From contig OZ286463.1 of the NCBI GenBank assembly GCA_965644265.1, positions 99,510,001 through 99,574,000 on the forward strand: DNA of 64,000 nt. Reading direction: 5' to 3'. The first letter of the stretch is position 1; each line of letters starts with the position of its first letter. Below, piece after piece: positions 12,771 through 26,585 of this stretch. A model generated the notes under the pieces. The model saw only the letters and a program-made list of their open reading frames with translations. It ran no database searches and was not told where the DNA came from. Origin of the DNA: Glycera tridactyla. Its lineage: Eukaryota. Position numbers and translations under genes: made by a program.

Positions 12771-15700
12771 ACTATGTTGGCGAATAGGTGGAGAAATGGA
12801 GGTGGGCTATGAGCTTATACATGCATGTCAATGTGCATGTGTGTTAGGTACACACGTGGCCGCTTGACATTTGATCAACTCTTTATAGTGCCCATCTGAA
12901 GCCTGTTATGTGATCCTCCAAATACCACCAACAGCCGCCATTGTCCTCACTGGTCCCCTGCGCACCTGCCTGACATATTCACATCAAAATGTCATATCCA
13001 CCATAATGGCTACGAAAATATCATGGCAGTCATGGCATCTGTCAACAATGCAATTCGAATACATTATTACTAACTCAAATACATTAGAAATGTAGGGGTG
13101 GAGTGCAATTGCTAAGTAAAATCCCAATACAGGAACGATGCTGCTATATTGTATGTGTCAGTATATTGTCAGCATATGTCAAGGATTTTTTGTATAAGCT
13201 GATCATCTCCATCACTGCCAACTATCAGCGAATACTTCTCACCCTTATCAGCAGTTGTCCAGTATCTTAGGTCTGCACTTGTTCAGTATATTAGCCAAGC
13301 GGTGCCTTCGTGTCTACAGTTGACGGGGATAACATGATCTAGTTCCAACTATTTTCACCAATGGATTTATCTTCAATAGCATACGGTGGCACTTGTAGTG
13401 GGGCGACTCCGAATTCCTGTCGACATGAGCACTATCTTAAGTTGGTGTGAAATATTGTAATCGGTGAGTCGACCCTATGATGAAAAATGACTAATGAGGT
13501 AGGTAAAGTTTATCGTACTGAATTAGGATGGTTCAACATCTTGGTTCATGACTTAGGATCATTCAAAGATCACAATGGACCTCACATGACCCAGTTATAT
13601 TTTGTTGCTACAGAACAACAGTATTTTAGTAATTGAGATAAAGTATTATCTCAGCTAGTTGCTACTTGGTGTCACTCCAGTCGGACGGTATCTCATAAAA
13701 TGGCTCATGGTCTTTTGGGCAAGAATGAAGGTTCTATGCGTCTTGTACTTTCCAAGATCTAAAGTACATCAAACTTAAAATCCCCTCTCTATCAATGAGC
13801 ACAAATGTACTATAAGTAAATACTTTTTTACCCTGTACGGACTGATACATTCAGTACATGAGAGAATTTCGGGGTATGGGAACTGGTGCTCAAATGTGTC
13901 ATCAACAAACAAAATGAGTGAACGAACAAGCAAGAGTTCATTGAAGAGCAAGCAAAAGAGCGAAAAACTATCTCGCTTTCAAGATTGCAGGAATCAAATT
14001 CCATTCATGCGAATTGAGAGATTGTGCTGTGGAATTCACCACCCTTTCTGTCGAGTGATATAATGGCGTCATACACATAGCATAGATACAACTATTGACA
14101 CAAAGTGCCACATATCTATTGCTGTATTGAGCTGAATCATGATTTCTGCGCTTGTATTGCCACTACAATATGAACATGGGTATTGACAAAATGCAGGAGC
14201 ATAAACTCATTGAACAAATCAGCCGATGGCAGGTCCGGAACATTAGTGCACTTCATATCTCACAGCCCTGGAGGATGGTGCAGGACAATGGCGTTCCTCG
14301 ATGTTCTTCCACAGTGGCCACGGCAGAAGATTAGTCAAAACAGGTAGATAGATTAGATAAATAGCAATTCCATATGTACTTGCGGACATGATTTGTTAGG
14401 AAATACATCTCAATGTATCATAAAGGAAAAGAAGTCCCTCTGAAGTAAACATGCCATGGTTAGGCGATCACTAACAAGTATACTCTTTTACCAGGCCGAT
14501 CAGAGCAGGACTATCACTCACCAGCAATCTATTTCGGGGGGAATCGTCAGCAACAATGAAAGAAATTGTCAGATTATGGCTGTGTTACATCACACATATT
14601 CTCACCCAGGATCACTGATGGAAGTCTGGGGCTATTTGCTGCGAGCTCGTCTTCTCTATGGGTGATCACAACACTACTTTCCCCACCCACTCAACTGAAA
14701 TGTCCCTTATCTCTCCAAGAAATAAGCGGTGATGACCAGCAGTGATTATCATAGAATAGGAGTGTATTAGAACCGAATCCGTTTGATGCCATTCGACGCA
14801 GTCAATCTGCCTTGCAGATAATGTATGACTGAGGGCGTTGCACTTACATCCCTCTTCTTGTTAGACTTGCTGTACGTTCAGTAATCAGATTAGTAGCTCG
14901 TGATATATATCAACGGGCTGTTTGGTTAGCTACTGAGACCGCCAGCTACTTGGACGACTATCACATGCAGATTATTACAGCCACTATCCAACCCAGTATG
15001 AAATTCCTCTCATTTGGGTTAATATTCCTTCAAATTTCGATCATATATAAACATCCTAAGTGAATAATAATGAATCAAGAATGAGAATTATTGATTAATA
15101 TTCCAGCCTATGCACATCACGTCGGGACGTCTCAATATATCCCATGCAGTGCGGATGTAGTGTAAAAAAACAACTGACTGACGTTTGATGGTTTGTTCGT
15201 ACCAAACGCATGTACTGCAATGACATTCTTTGACTTGAATATCACTTTCCATAATTTGGATCTGTGATGACAGATCCATCAAACATCAATGGAATATCCC
15301 TCGAAAATGGTATTCGATTCTTTATTCCCGATGATTCATTCAGGATGCGTCCTTACTTTGTGCACACTAACAATCAATTCAAATTTTGGGATTTAGCCCA
15401 TAGCAACTTTGAGAATGTGTCATCACCTATGTTATCTGAATCAGATTTGAATGAACCCACAGAAACTGCATCTGTTGACTTCGAAGCCTGTATATTTGAC
15501 TGCATTGGTTAGAGGATATGATTTCAGCCCGAAGCTACTATTATAGCATGGAAGCTCCCATTCTTGCCGGATCATCTACTGCCTGATTCTGGATGAGATG
15601 TTTTATCTCATCAGGGCACAACCCTCTGCTTGTGAATGAGCTATCCACACTACACTCTTGTGAATACCTGTCTGTCTATGACGGAGAGGGGCATCGTTGT

Positions 15701-15914
15701 AGCCAGTTTGTTGTTATATATCATATCCTCGTCACTAACCTCGGGACATTGGTTTCAGTCACTCAGACCATGACTGTTGCGGTGTTATGGGCTCAACACT
15801 GGGGACCCGGATCTGTCCAGAAAAACCACTCACCTAACGAACCACACACACGTACATCTACACAAGTGACAACCACGAGGACAACATTGATGTAATATAA
15901 CGAGCTGGACTTAC

Positions 15915-16095
15915 TTGTGTGTTAGTGGCACTTTAAGGTCAAACTCTAGGAAGGTTAATTCGACGATCTCATCCAGATCCCCGATAAAAGTATATAATAT
16001 ACAGTTCAAGTTGGAAGGATACACCTCCGGAAAATTAGGCGAGGTAAAGGTGCCGTGAGATCGGCCATAACTCTGGTACACTACACATTCACAGG
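15915..16095 (-). CDS. sol-1: Internal exon (181 nt, phase 1 to phase 2) encoding the N-terminal half of a CUB domain, SOL-1 (suppressor of lurcher protein 1)-like
   Basis: Minus strand reads ...gtttttcttgtttgtatttcag|CC TGT GAA TGT...ACA CAC AA|gtaagt, with a strong pyrimidine tract plus AG and a consensus donor. Translation xCECVVYQSYGRSHGTFTSPNFPEVYPSNLNCILYTFIGDLDEIVELTFLEFDLKVPLTH matches the CUB pattern C..G.FTSPN(Y/F)P..YP.N..C...I.L.F..FDL. The CxC start and C(I/L)LYTF..EI(V/I)E motif match my recollection of invertebrate SOL-1 CUB1. CUB identity is near certain; SOL-1 orthology is from memory. Confidence 0.85.
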
Positions 16096-16990
16096 CTGAA
16101 ATACAAACAAGAAAAACAGGAATCATTTCACTGGAGAGGCATTGTCATCACTCAGTGATATCATTCACAATCGACGACCGACCTTCAATGATACAAGAAG
16201 GGATCATCACAGAGCCCGAATCCCGTTTCATCTTGCTCACTGCATATTTCGGGCTACAGAAGTAACCAGAAACACAAAATGAACGAAAAAATTTATCTAA
16301 CACATAATGTATAAGCGAACTCTCAGTTCATTACAATGCAAATCTCCCATGAGGAAGCTCCAGAACGAAGCACACATCTTCACTCAAAATGTTTGTGGAT
16401 ACACTGTTCCACTTCAATCATTATAATTTATGGAAACGAAATTCTCCACAGCCCTATTGACGGAAGCAGCGTTCAAACGAGTACCTCCCTGAATCATCGC
16501 AAGTAATCTAATAAAGAATGTTCTGCCGACGCACACTTCAAGCCAATCCTGATATGCCAATTACAATGATACAAGGAATTGATGGCACTATCTGAATCAG
16601 ATCAACTGGGTCTCAATCTACAAGGCTGGGAAGCAATTGCTCTGTATCAGATGATATCATCATAGTAGTTTGTACTGAGCGAACGCAAGAGCCGAGTATG
16701 CTCAAGCCTCGTAGTTTCTTTCCAAAGTTGACTGTGAGAATCAAGCACTTAGGTAAATTGATAGTTGGAGTCTGGCACTTAAGCGAGTGAAAAGTGAGTT
16801 GATCACTCCATCTTTTCCAAGTAGTTATCCGGCGGGAGACCCCTGAGAGGGTTGAATAACGGACCATATCACATGACCAATTGAGTTAGCGTCTAGACAT
16901 AAGTTTTCCGTCTAAGGGTATAGCTGCATTTCCGAACCAACTATTTAACAGCAAGCATAATTTGTATATCTGGTGTGAGTTATGGTCTGT

Positions 16991-17034
16991 CAGCCTCACT
17001 CTCATTAAAACTCAGCCTCACTCTCATTAAAACT
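16991..17034. repeat. Perfect 22-bp tandem duplication CAGCCTCACTCTCATTAAAACT x2
   Basis: Seen directly. Confidence 0.95.
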
Positions 17035-20000
17035 GTAAAATTTCGAGAAGAAATTTGATATAATCGACTCCATTTCCGCAACCGATATGTGGTATCCATT
17101 CACAAAATCGTGGATATCTGTCATATTGCGCAAAAACCGAGGCGATTAAAATATATTGAAACAAAAAGAACAGTTCCACATATCTTTCAATATTTCGAGA
17201 TGTGATTCTGAGATGCAGAAATCAATACTCGTCTGTAAAAACAAAATCCAAGATTTTGTATCCATCGGGAAGAAACATAATGCGTGGTTTGGCATGGTCC
17301 GTTTTGGAATGAAATCAGCAAATTCCGTGGTTTTGCACCATTACTCTGCAACACGGATGTTTCCAAGCCAAGCTTATCTAAGCGGCCTAGACGGGAGATA
17401 ATCTGAGAGAGAAGGATGCAGGCTAATTCCCTGACGACTTCACGGATATTACACATGGAGGTTATTCCCGCTCTACTAGCCACTGGGGAATTATCCAATC
17501 GAAGCATGTCTGTTGTCATCCTATATTTAGCCATGCCATTACTGGGAGTATCAGAGGAGTCATCACATGAGCAGATGCCTATCGTTGGGTAATTGAAGAC
17601 GAATATTGCTTGCACCCACTGCCACAGACTTAGCCAGTATTAAGTCAGGTCATCCATCATTCTCATGATCCCCAACTCGTGTCACGACCTAGCTCCTCAT
17701 AGTCACCATCCCTTTTCGAAACTCTCAACCAGAATTCATAATTGAAAATGGAATCCTGTGTGTCTGGAAGCAGTCATTTTGCAGGGCGTACTTTACAGGT
17801 GACTTAATCCACCAGCTCATGGTGCTGTCCTTTGCTTCATATGTCACTATGAGCTTGGTTAGACCACTGCTGTTTGTGCCACGGAGATTACTCATGAAAA
17901 AGAAATGGTATTTATGCTGGGTGAGAGCAGTGGCCATCTTGCAACAGAGATTGGAATCGCAATAGACGCTTTCTGATGCAGAATTCATACGAAGAGGAGT
18001 TGAACAAAGCAGGATGAGTGAAGTTGAGCGCAGTGGGAAGGTGTCTCAATGTGGGTTGTAAATCGTCAGTTGTCCTACATGTTCCTCCTTGAAGAGCCAT
18101 GCTATTCTAAGCAAGACACATGGCAGCAATACAACTGCCGCTCCCACCATAAAGCATTCAGACACAAGCCAGCATTTCCAGGCAAGCGAGAAGTCAATTT
18201 CATTGCAACGAAGGCCAGATATCTAAATTTTGAAAGGAGAATCTTGAATAATCAGAGATAGACAATACGTATATGCTTAATTTTTTTGTGTCGATACTAA
18301 AATGGTTATCAGTTTTTTCTGTGCAGTTGATACATACTGGCCAAAGCAGTTTTCGCTTTCTCAGCACATGTTTTTTTTTGCAGCAATCAAGTATTTATGC
18401 AGGTGGAGATAGATGATATATAGGGAAGTTTGGGCGCAGGACCCGTTCATCACATTTTCTTTCTTGTAGGGATTAGCTCCCAGTACCTAGTACATGATCA
18501 CTTTCGCGAAACACCTTGAGTTTTTGTTAATTTTTCATACATCTCTCTCATCCATCAGCAACCCAGGAGAAGTTCTGAAACATGGCATCTTCGCTCAGTG
18601 CATATGCTACTCGGTAAAGCCTCACGATTCGGATGAGACAGAAATACGACCAACTGGCCTCTTATCATCGTAAATTCAGATACCAACCGAGTGAGGAACT
18701 CCGAAAAGTATTGACGGAGAACACGCAATTTTCAATTCTTTTGATCACCGACTAGAAGCGAAGTGTCATCGATTACACTGTCCCTGTAGATCCGCTGTGC
18801 TCACAATGGCCCGGCAATATGGTCATGGTACATCTAGATTGTGACCTGTTCCCTAAAAATTTTGCATATGATGAGCATGAGACTTCAGGTTCATATTTTT
18901 GCATAGAACTGCCGTGACTGTTCCCTCTACAAAGGTCAAGGTCAGATGAAGGTCAAATCTTCTGTGATTTTGACCTATCCTTTCCAATGCTGAAACCACA
19001 GGCCATTCCACTCATCAGGGAAATAAGGATTACCCTTCATCATGAAGCTATGTTGTGACCTTGCATAGAAATCATAGGGCTACGTAACATGTGACAATAA
19101 TCTGTGTTGATGTAAGATATGTTTCCATGTGAACCTGCAAAAGTGCTGAATCGGACATATTCCAGCCCGCCTGATCAACAATCTGAGCCCTGAAATTTTC
19201 TATCATTTTCTATTAAGATGAAATAAGTTCTCATGCAGAGGGGCAGGAACGGCCTGTTCGAAGTGAAAGATGCAATTGTGAACCATTTTGGTCATATGCC
19301 CGTGGTTACCATAGCAACAATAAATCAAAGAACATGAATGCCTCCCGAAAGAATTCTTGCGAATCTTATGATATGATTGCATCATTTAGTCATGCATTAT
19401 GTACCTATGTGTCAACTAAGAAGTGAATTTAATTTCAAATGGTGACCATGGCAACCAGCGACACTGCATCAAGGGGAGTTCTATTGATGGATGGATTGAA
19501 AGTATTGTGGTACACCTGCTAACAAGGGCTAAATCTATTTTAATTACACTGCCACGTCATATATATATATAAAATCAAAGTCAAAATGGCAACCTACTCT
19601 CTACATTGGTTGGAATTTCGAAAACCCTGTGCTACAGAAGTATTTTAGAAGAACAGTTTATTCAATCATCTCCCTTTGTCAGATTTCACCACAATTCATG
19701 ATCTCATCAATGATGCAATAGGACTGCATGATAACTGCCCGTACAGGATCGAGCAGTTAAGTGGTCATTTCCACTCCTGCCAATTGTGCCCTGATCCAGA
19801 AGGCGCGAAATGTTCAGACCCGATGAAGACAATTCGTATGAGGATGTGCCATCAGCACCGCCTTATTGCCTGCAGTTGCGATAAAAGGTGGCGCCGACAA
19901 GATGGTGCCTATATGAGACATTGAGAACATCATTACGATGCCATGTCATGATGCTGTCTTCGTTATGTGGAAGACGTTACTTTAGTGTTACGTGTTTGAT

Positions 20001-22049
20001 AGGTAAGAGATGTTGACAGGAGGTTAATGGCGTCCGCTAGCGGTAGATTTGCCATGGGAGGCAAGCCTGTCAGTTTTCTTTCAATATTTGATGGATGGGA
20101 ACGGACATTTCTAGCGGTAAAGGCTCACTTCACTCAAGATAGACACCTGGTCGACTCCACACGCATGATGACCACAGGTATTATCAGGAACTCTCTTATG
20201 AGGGTCTCTGACAAGCTTTTGGCGTGGTACATGTCCTCACATGATATGGAAACGACCCAGTGGGTTAGAAAACCACTCGTTAATCTCAGCACCGGACAGT
20301 TTCCTGCTACATTTCACTGAACGATCGCCTGCTTATTACTTATCGTCACATCATTGCAATAGTGTGTCTAAGATGGCGTGAAACCTGATGTGCAAGTCAA
20401 CTTGAATACTTCCTTCGAGTTTCTGACGTAGATTGGTACCAAAAATATTCAGCCATTAGATGAGACGCGAATACCTCAGAGCTGTCGCGGTTGAACACTG
20501 CCCCCACACATCCACAACAACTAACAACACAGTGATGACATCGGTGTAACATATCACCAGGGACCAGTCCTTGACTCGCCCACAGGAATTCAAACGCATG
20601 AAAGTGGTCCTAAATGTAAACAATACCATAAAAACCGAATGACTTTCTAGAGTTTCAACTAACTAAGTGAATATTAAATAGAGTAGGTGATCCTCTGTAT
20701 ATTTTATTATGAGCAGAATATCATTGCATTATGCATGCTGAATATACATTCGGGGAGACATATATACACGCTTTACATATACTCACACATCCTTTTTGTG
20801 ATGGTTTATTCATGAGAACCACAATTATAATGATAGATATAGTGATAGGTAGGGATCTGCATATACTGTTATGAAATTCTCATTAAATTTGGAAACTTGT
20901 TAGAACTGGTCCATATGACGTGTAATAAATCATTAATCAGGTCCGGAGATGTAGTAGATGATAGAAAGAGGTCATCTCCATGTAAATTTTCAAATACATA
21001 GGACGACATGTCAACTTTTCGAAGGGTGTTTTGGAATGAACAAATATATATATAGAGTATGTTTTCGAAGATTTATTCCTTCACACCCTGATATATTTTA
21101 CCTCGGTCTAAGTGATATGTGCTTTCAAAGGAAAGGCACAGTTTTGGATCTGAAACAAAACAAGGAATTGTCATATACTAACAAATCACGATTTCTTCAA
21201 ATCCTGAAATAGAAGAACATTGTCATGATGCAATACACATAAAATGATTGAATATATTTGGATCCAACAATACCAATTGCAAGACATAGGGATTATTCAT
21301 CAATACAAATCACAAAAAAGGGAATATCCATTTCTTATCCACAGCGTTTCGTATACCACTGCATGTTGTGGATAGCACACTTCCCAAAAAGGCCCATGTA
21401 TTGTGGTTCCACTACCAGGAGATATTTCATGGTGAATCCATGAGCAACACTGCGCAGAGAACTGCTGATACAGGTAGCAACACGAATCAACGCGTAAGTA
21501 CGCTGCTCGTTCACACTTTGCTCTGTATGTTATTGCCATAACGATGAAAAAAAAGTTCACCAAATCAAATCAAAGAAATCATTACAGGGATGTGTCAAAT
21601 ATAGATCATATTATTGTCTTTCTTAATGAGCCACCTAAATTCGACATTTGACATCAGGAATTATACTAGAACCAAGGTTCAAAATTAAGGGTTAGTTCAT
21701 CACGTTTTTACATCATCAATGTCAACCACAAACTACTGTTGCACATCTCATCATGCTCGCAAACACTTCACAAAATTTAGGGTGAACTTGATCGATCGAA
21801 AGAACATTCCATGAGGGAAGTCTTGGAGAGTGCTCCGTTGATCCATGTTTCGATGGCGGATGTGTTGAGTCGAGATGCTTGAATACGAGCTACATGATTC
21901 CATGCATGTTTGTACATGACAGTGCCAATTTCTAATCTCTATAAACCTAGAGATCAACCCTGTGGATGGTACCTCTTCATCGATTATCAGTACTTCCCCG
22001 AACAGAAGTTTAATCGATAGAAGATAAAGTGATGGAAACGAGACTAATG

Positions 22050-22160
22050 AGACCAGTCAGACTGTCTGGACGTCTGTCTGGATGTCTTAATTTCTGTCTA
22101 GATGTCTGTCTGGATGTCTGTCTGGCTGTCCCTGATGTCTGTCTGCATGTATGTCTGTCT
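22050..22160. repeat. Degenerate (CTGT)/(GATGTCTGTCTA)-type simple repeat
   Basis: Seen directly. Confidence 0.75.
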
Positions 22161-23149
22161 GATCTCGGTTTTCTGTGCCCCAACCTCCCACACTCACTTT
22201 TTTTTTGGCGAGCATGTTTCAACCATCCTGCTCAACTGCCTGTGTGCCAGTTCGTCTGTCTCGCGAATTTCTCATTTGACTGTTCCTAGATATTTTCAGG
22301 GCTCACAAAGAATACCCTGAGTGACTGGAGAGAAGCATATTTGATGCGGTGAAATTCACATATTCACATCTACCTCACGTCTGTTGCCATCATCTGCATC
22401 TCACCACGTGACATAACAGCCTATAGTATCATAGATATGTATCATATTTCATCAGTCACTAATAGGCTTTCGAAATTTTTGAATTTGATGTTTTGCATGG
22501 GGCGGGGGTAAACGGGGTGACTACCTCATCCATTTCGAAGATAAATTCCATTCAATGTGCGTGTGCAATAGATGAGATCTAGAAGTGCATTCGTCACAGA
22601 GTAAGAATTACGATGCGGAAGTTGTACTAGCGACGTTATCTTTCACTTCCTGCGTTTGAGCATTGCAAAAAGAGACGACAGCCGTGTTGCTGGTGATAAA
22701 TCAGCGAAAGCATGGCTTCCCTGGAGAACAGCGGAGACAGAAGACATCCCAGCAAGCTTACTCATTACACTGAGCAAAAACATTTCTCAAGAGAAAAAAT
22801 GTGAGTGATATACGGCACGGTATGATCTCAGGTCACCTTCACGGAGACAAAGATGAACACAGTCCACGTACATCTTGCACCGAGTGCACAAATGTCTCAA
22901 ATGTGTCATTCTGTCTACTAGTACAACCTCGTCTACCGAAAGATACTATGTGAACAGCATTTACATATATACCAGTACAGACCATATAGTTCTCTCTAGC
23001 GAAGTACCTGTCAATCTCTGTGTGATTATTTGTCTCTTCATTCATGTATGTCTGTCTGTCCATCTGATTGTCGGTCTTGCCGTCAGTCTCCGGATCCATG
23101 TCTGTGATATTCTGTTATTCACGTATCACGTGGTGATGTCATCGTCCAT

Positions 23150-23216
23150 GCGTGTGCGTATGTGTTTGTGTGTATGTGTGTGTATGTTCGTGCGTGAGTA
23201 TGTGTATGTGTGTGTG
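23150..23216. repeat. Imperfect (TG)n running into a gap
   Basis: Seen directly. Confidence 0.9.
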
Positions 23217-24179
23217 NNNNNNNNNNNNNNNNNNNNNNNNNNNNNNNNNNNNNNNNNNNNNNNNNNNNNNNNNNNNNNNNNNNNNNNNNNNNNNNNNNNN
23301 NNNNNNNNNNNNNNNNNNNNNNNNNNNNNNNNNNNNNNNNNNNNNNNNNTCTCATGCCTACTAATTGGAACATAACTCCATTGATTGCAGACAACAGGTG
23401 ATGAGTATGCCCATCTTGTCGAGAGTGGATGTCCTCCTCATTGTACCCTAACAAATGGTTCAGGCGAGGTGTCATCAACCTGTATAAACCCTCCATATAT
23501 GGCACAGTACCCTGCATTCACCGAGTAGGTCGGGTACATATGATATCCAAGCAGCTGCATCAGCTATGCACAATGTTCCGACCGAGTCGATTCGATCAGG
23601 ACATGGGAAGATATAGCCTACCCCCAAATGTGATCTCCTGTGTCAGCCCCGATTCATGTCCAGAACCAAACGAATGATGGAAATGATTCATGGGCGAACG
23701 ATTTTGGAGATTATGCATGCACATGTAATTGTCCTCTTTTTCAATTTAATTTCTCCCCTTGTATCAAGATAATCATTTAGCATGCATCTGCCAGTGTTGT
23801 GAAGCTGGTTGTGTTACAGAATGATGATTTGTGCATCATGAAAAATATAACCTGAGTCTCCAATCCGGAATAGCGAACATGGATTGAACGATAGAATTCA
23901 TCAGCCGAGTGACCCAGCAACCAGAATCGTCTTTGTCCACAGCTCAAATAAATAACCTGGCCCTGAGTGCAGTCCGCACGATGCTTGTGATAATATTTTG
24001 TATTGAAGTCATCAAACTGTCAGCCAGCACTATTTATCCTCAGGTCTAAGTGTCCATAAAGAGTGACCTTTGCAACCACACATCCCAGCCGCTATTGGTA
24101 GCAGCACCATAAGCATCTGTGATTGCTGTCCACAGACAGGCTTCCCAAGAAGCCCGATCACGGCGATTTTCGATACGCC

Positions 24180-24197
24180 ATGTGTGTGTGTGCGTGA

Positions 24198-24261
<64 letters not shown>

Positions 24262-24263
24262 GT
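24180..24263. repeat. (TG)n microsatellite
   Basis: Seen directly. Confidence 0.95.
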
Positions 24264-24850
24264 CGGATAGAATATAAAACCTCCACATCCATCGTATAAG
24301 AGTAATCTTAAGTGTTCGAGTCGGTTTCAGTAGGGATAGAGTATTCATGTGACTGATACATTTTTCTAGTCATATGTAAGGCATACAGGATGTTAGAGAG
24401 AATAACCATAGAGCAAACATGCAAGATAATGTGTCAACTCAGGCTTCTGAATATCTCGCCGACTAAATCAAATATCGATGAGATCTTCTGCTCGCATGTA
24501 TGCTATTGATATTCAACACATGAACAACATAACTTTTTACTGGACACGATTTGCGCATGTCAATCAGCGTATATGTCACTACGAGTTGAATCTCCGGTCC
24601 CGATCTGCAATATTGCATTTGCCGTGTATCTCATCCCATGTAGATCAATTAAATGCGACAGAAATAGGCAAATGTCTATCCTGGTCCGTTCTTCCAATGG
24701 TCTTTACATTATCATGCAGATCAAAGATGATATCATGTGTTAATGCCGAAATCGTCGTCTATTTTTCTTTCGCCAAGCAACTGAGTTCGACATCATATTT
24801 CAGTATAGCTCCTTTCATTCATAAAGTATGCGGAGGATGGAGTGGTTGAT

Positions 24851-25850
24851 CTCAGCAGCTCAGTGATGTCTTAGCAGCTAAGTGATGCCTCAGCAGCTTA
24901 GTGATGTCTCAGCAGCTCAGTGATGCCTCAGCAGCTTAGTGATGTCTCAGCAGCTTAGTATTGTCTCAGCAGCTTAGTATTGTCTCAGCAGCTCAGATAT
25001 GTCTCAGCAGCTCAGTGATGTCTCAGCAGCTTAACCATGTCTCAGCAGCTCAGTGATTTCTCAGCAGGTCAGTGATGTCTCAGCAGGTCAGTGATGTCTC
25101 AGCAGCTCAGTGAAGTCTTAGCAGCTAAGTGATGCCTCAGCAGCTTATTGATGTATCAGCAGCTCAGTGATGTCTCAGCAGCTTAGTGATGTCTCAGCAG
25201 GTTAGTGATGTCTCAGGAGCTTGGTGATGCCTCAGCAGCTCAGTGATGTCTCGGCAGCTCAGTGATGTCTCAGCAGCTCAAATATGTCTCAGCAGCTAAG
25301 TGATGTCTCAGCAGCTCAAGTATGTCTCAGCACCTCAATGATGTCTCAGCAGTGATGTCCTGGCAGCTCAGTGATGTTTCAGCTGCTCAATGATGTCTCA
25401 GCAGCTCTGTGATGTACCGGCAGCTTGGTGATGTCTCAGCAGTTGGGCGATGTGTCAGCAGCTTAGGGATGTATCACCATGTCAGTGATGTCTCAGCAGT
25501 TCAGTGATGTCTCAGCAGCTCAGCGAGATTTCAGCAGCTTAGTGATGTCTCAGCAGCTCAGTGATGTCTCAGCAGCACTGTGATGTACCGGCAGCTTGGT
25601 GATGTCTCAGTAGTCGGGCGATGTGTCAGCAGCTCAGGGATGTATCACCATGTCAGTGATGTCTCAGCAGTTCAGTGATGTCTCAGCAGCTCAGCGATGT
25701 TTCAGCAGCTTAGTGATGTCTCAGGAGCTTAGTGATGTCTCAGCAGCTCAGTGATGTCTCAGCAGCTCAGCGATGTTTCAGCAGCTTAGTGATGTCTCAG
25801 CAGCTCAGTGATGTCTCAGCAACTCAGCGATGTTTTAGCAGCTCTGTTAT
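24851..25850. repeat. 19-bp minisatellite, consensus CTCAGCAGCTCAGTGATGT, about 50 copies
   Basis: Direct tandem units are readable throughout. TGA codons on both strands and a unit length not divisible by 3 indicate it is non-coding. Confidence 0.97.
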
Positions 25851-26019
25851 GTCTGTAAGCAAACGCTGAGGGAATATGTCAGACCAGGATGTGCAGGCTT
25901 GACCCGGATCCACAGAATTTGGAAATCATATCGGCCGTTCCCCTTTGGCCCACCAGACACCGTCCGCAAACGCACACCATCTATGTTCTTTGAAAAGCAT
26001 TCATCTAATCATCCCTCGG

Positions 26020-26585
26020 GGCATACAGGATGACAGCTGTGACTTTCACAAGTCTCCCTATTGACAGTCCTATGCTTCGCTTGTACAATGAGATGAAATG
26101 GTTGAAATGTTTTTCTTACTCCGGGAACAACCCTAATTGGGCACCCGAGCATACCTAGCCATCTCCTACTTTATATGATCAGTGGTGAAAATGTGTCGAT
26201 AGCCTCTATAATCTGCTTAGACTACTGTCTTGAACACTACTTGTAAGTATGTACAATGGAAACAACCCTTACTGGGCACCCGGTTTGTACTTGTATTCAT
26301 ATTTGTATTTTTATTTGCACTATGATATGATGGTTATTACATATTCTACTTTTTTAAACCGAGCATGATATACACAAGGGTACAAGAGGAAAAGAGTGGA
26401 TGTGAGAATGAAAGAGTGTATGATAGTGTAAATACTAAGTTAAAATACAGTTGTTGTTCTCATGTGTACCTTTTTTTTACTTGTTTGCATAAGCATATAA
26501 TATGCCCCGGTAGGGTCCTTTGTGAATACCTTCTATGTATATTGGTTTATGCAATAAAAAAAATCTGTATCTGTATTCTGTATAA
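26020..26585 (+). mobile_element. Possible decayed 3' end of a CR1/L2-type LINE
   Basis: A short frame AYRMTAVTFTSLPIDSPMLRLYNEMKWLK resembles the 'P.L..L.WL' end of CR1/L2 ORF2. It is followed by an AT-rich tract, AATAAA, A-run and (TCTGTA)-like tail at 26552-26585. The resemblance is weak and judged by eye. Confidence 0.3.

Noticed and set aside
15593-15895. CEYLSVYDG motif resembling CUB on the plus strand
   Set aside because: It is on the wrong strand for the CUB exon, has no other CUB motifs and has no supporting splice sites.
16096-16126. In-frame ATG giving MIPVFLVCISA before the CUB domain, resembling a signal peptide
   Set aside because: It is the read-through of the intron's polypyrimidine tract, is only 11 residues long, and a consensus AG acceptor lies at 16096-16097.
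18420-19660. GGTCAAGGTCA/TGACCT-rich region as a DNA transposon
   Set aside because: It is probably an interspersed repeat, but I found no matching termini or TSD, so boundaries cannot be supported.
23398-23524. Plus-strand open segment GDEYAHLVESGCPPHCTLTNGSGEVSSTCINPPYMAQYPAF, loosely CUB-like
   Set aside because: It has a weak acceptor, lacks the SPN(Y/F)P spacing and second Cys, and has no partner exon.
24851-25850. CRISPR-like array
   Set aside because: There are no unique spacers, the context is eukaryotic, and it is a contiguous minisatellite.
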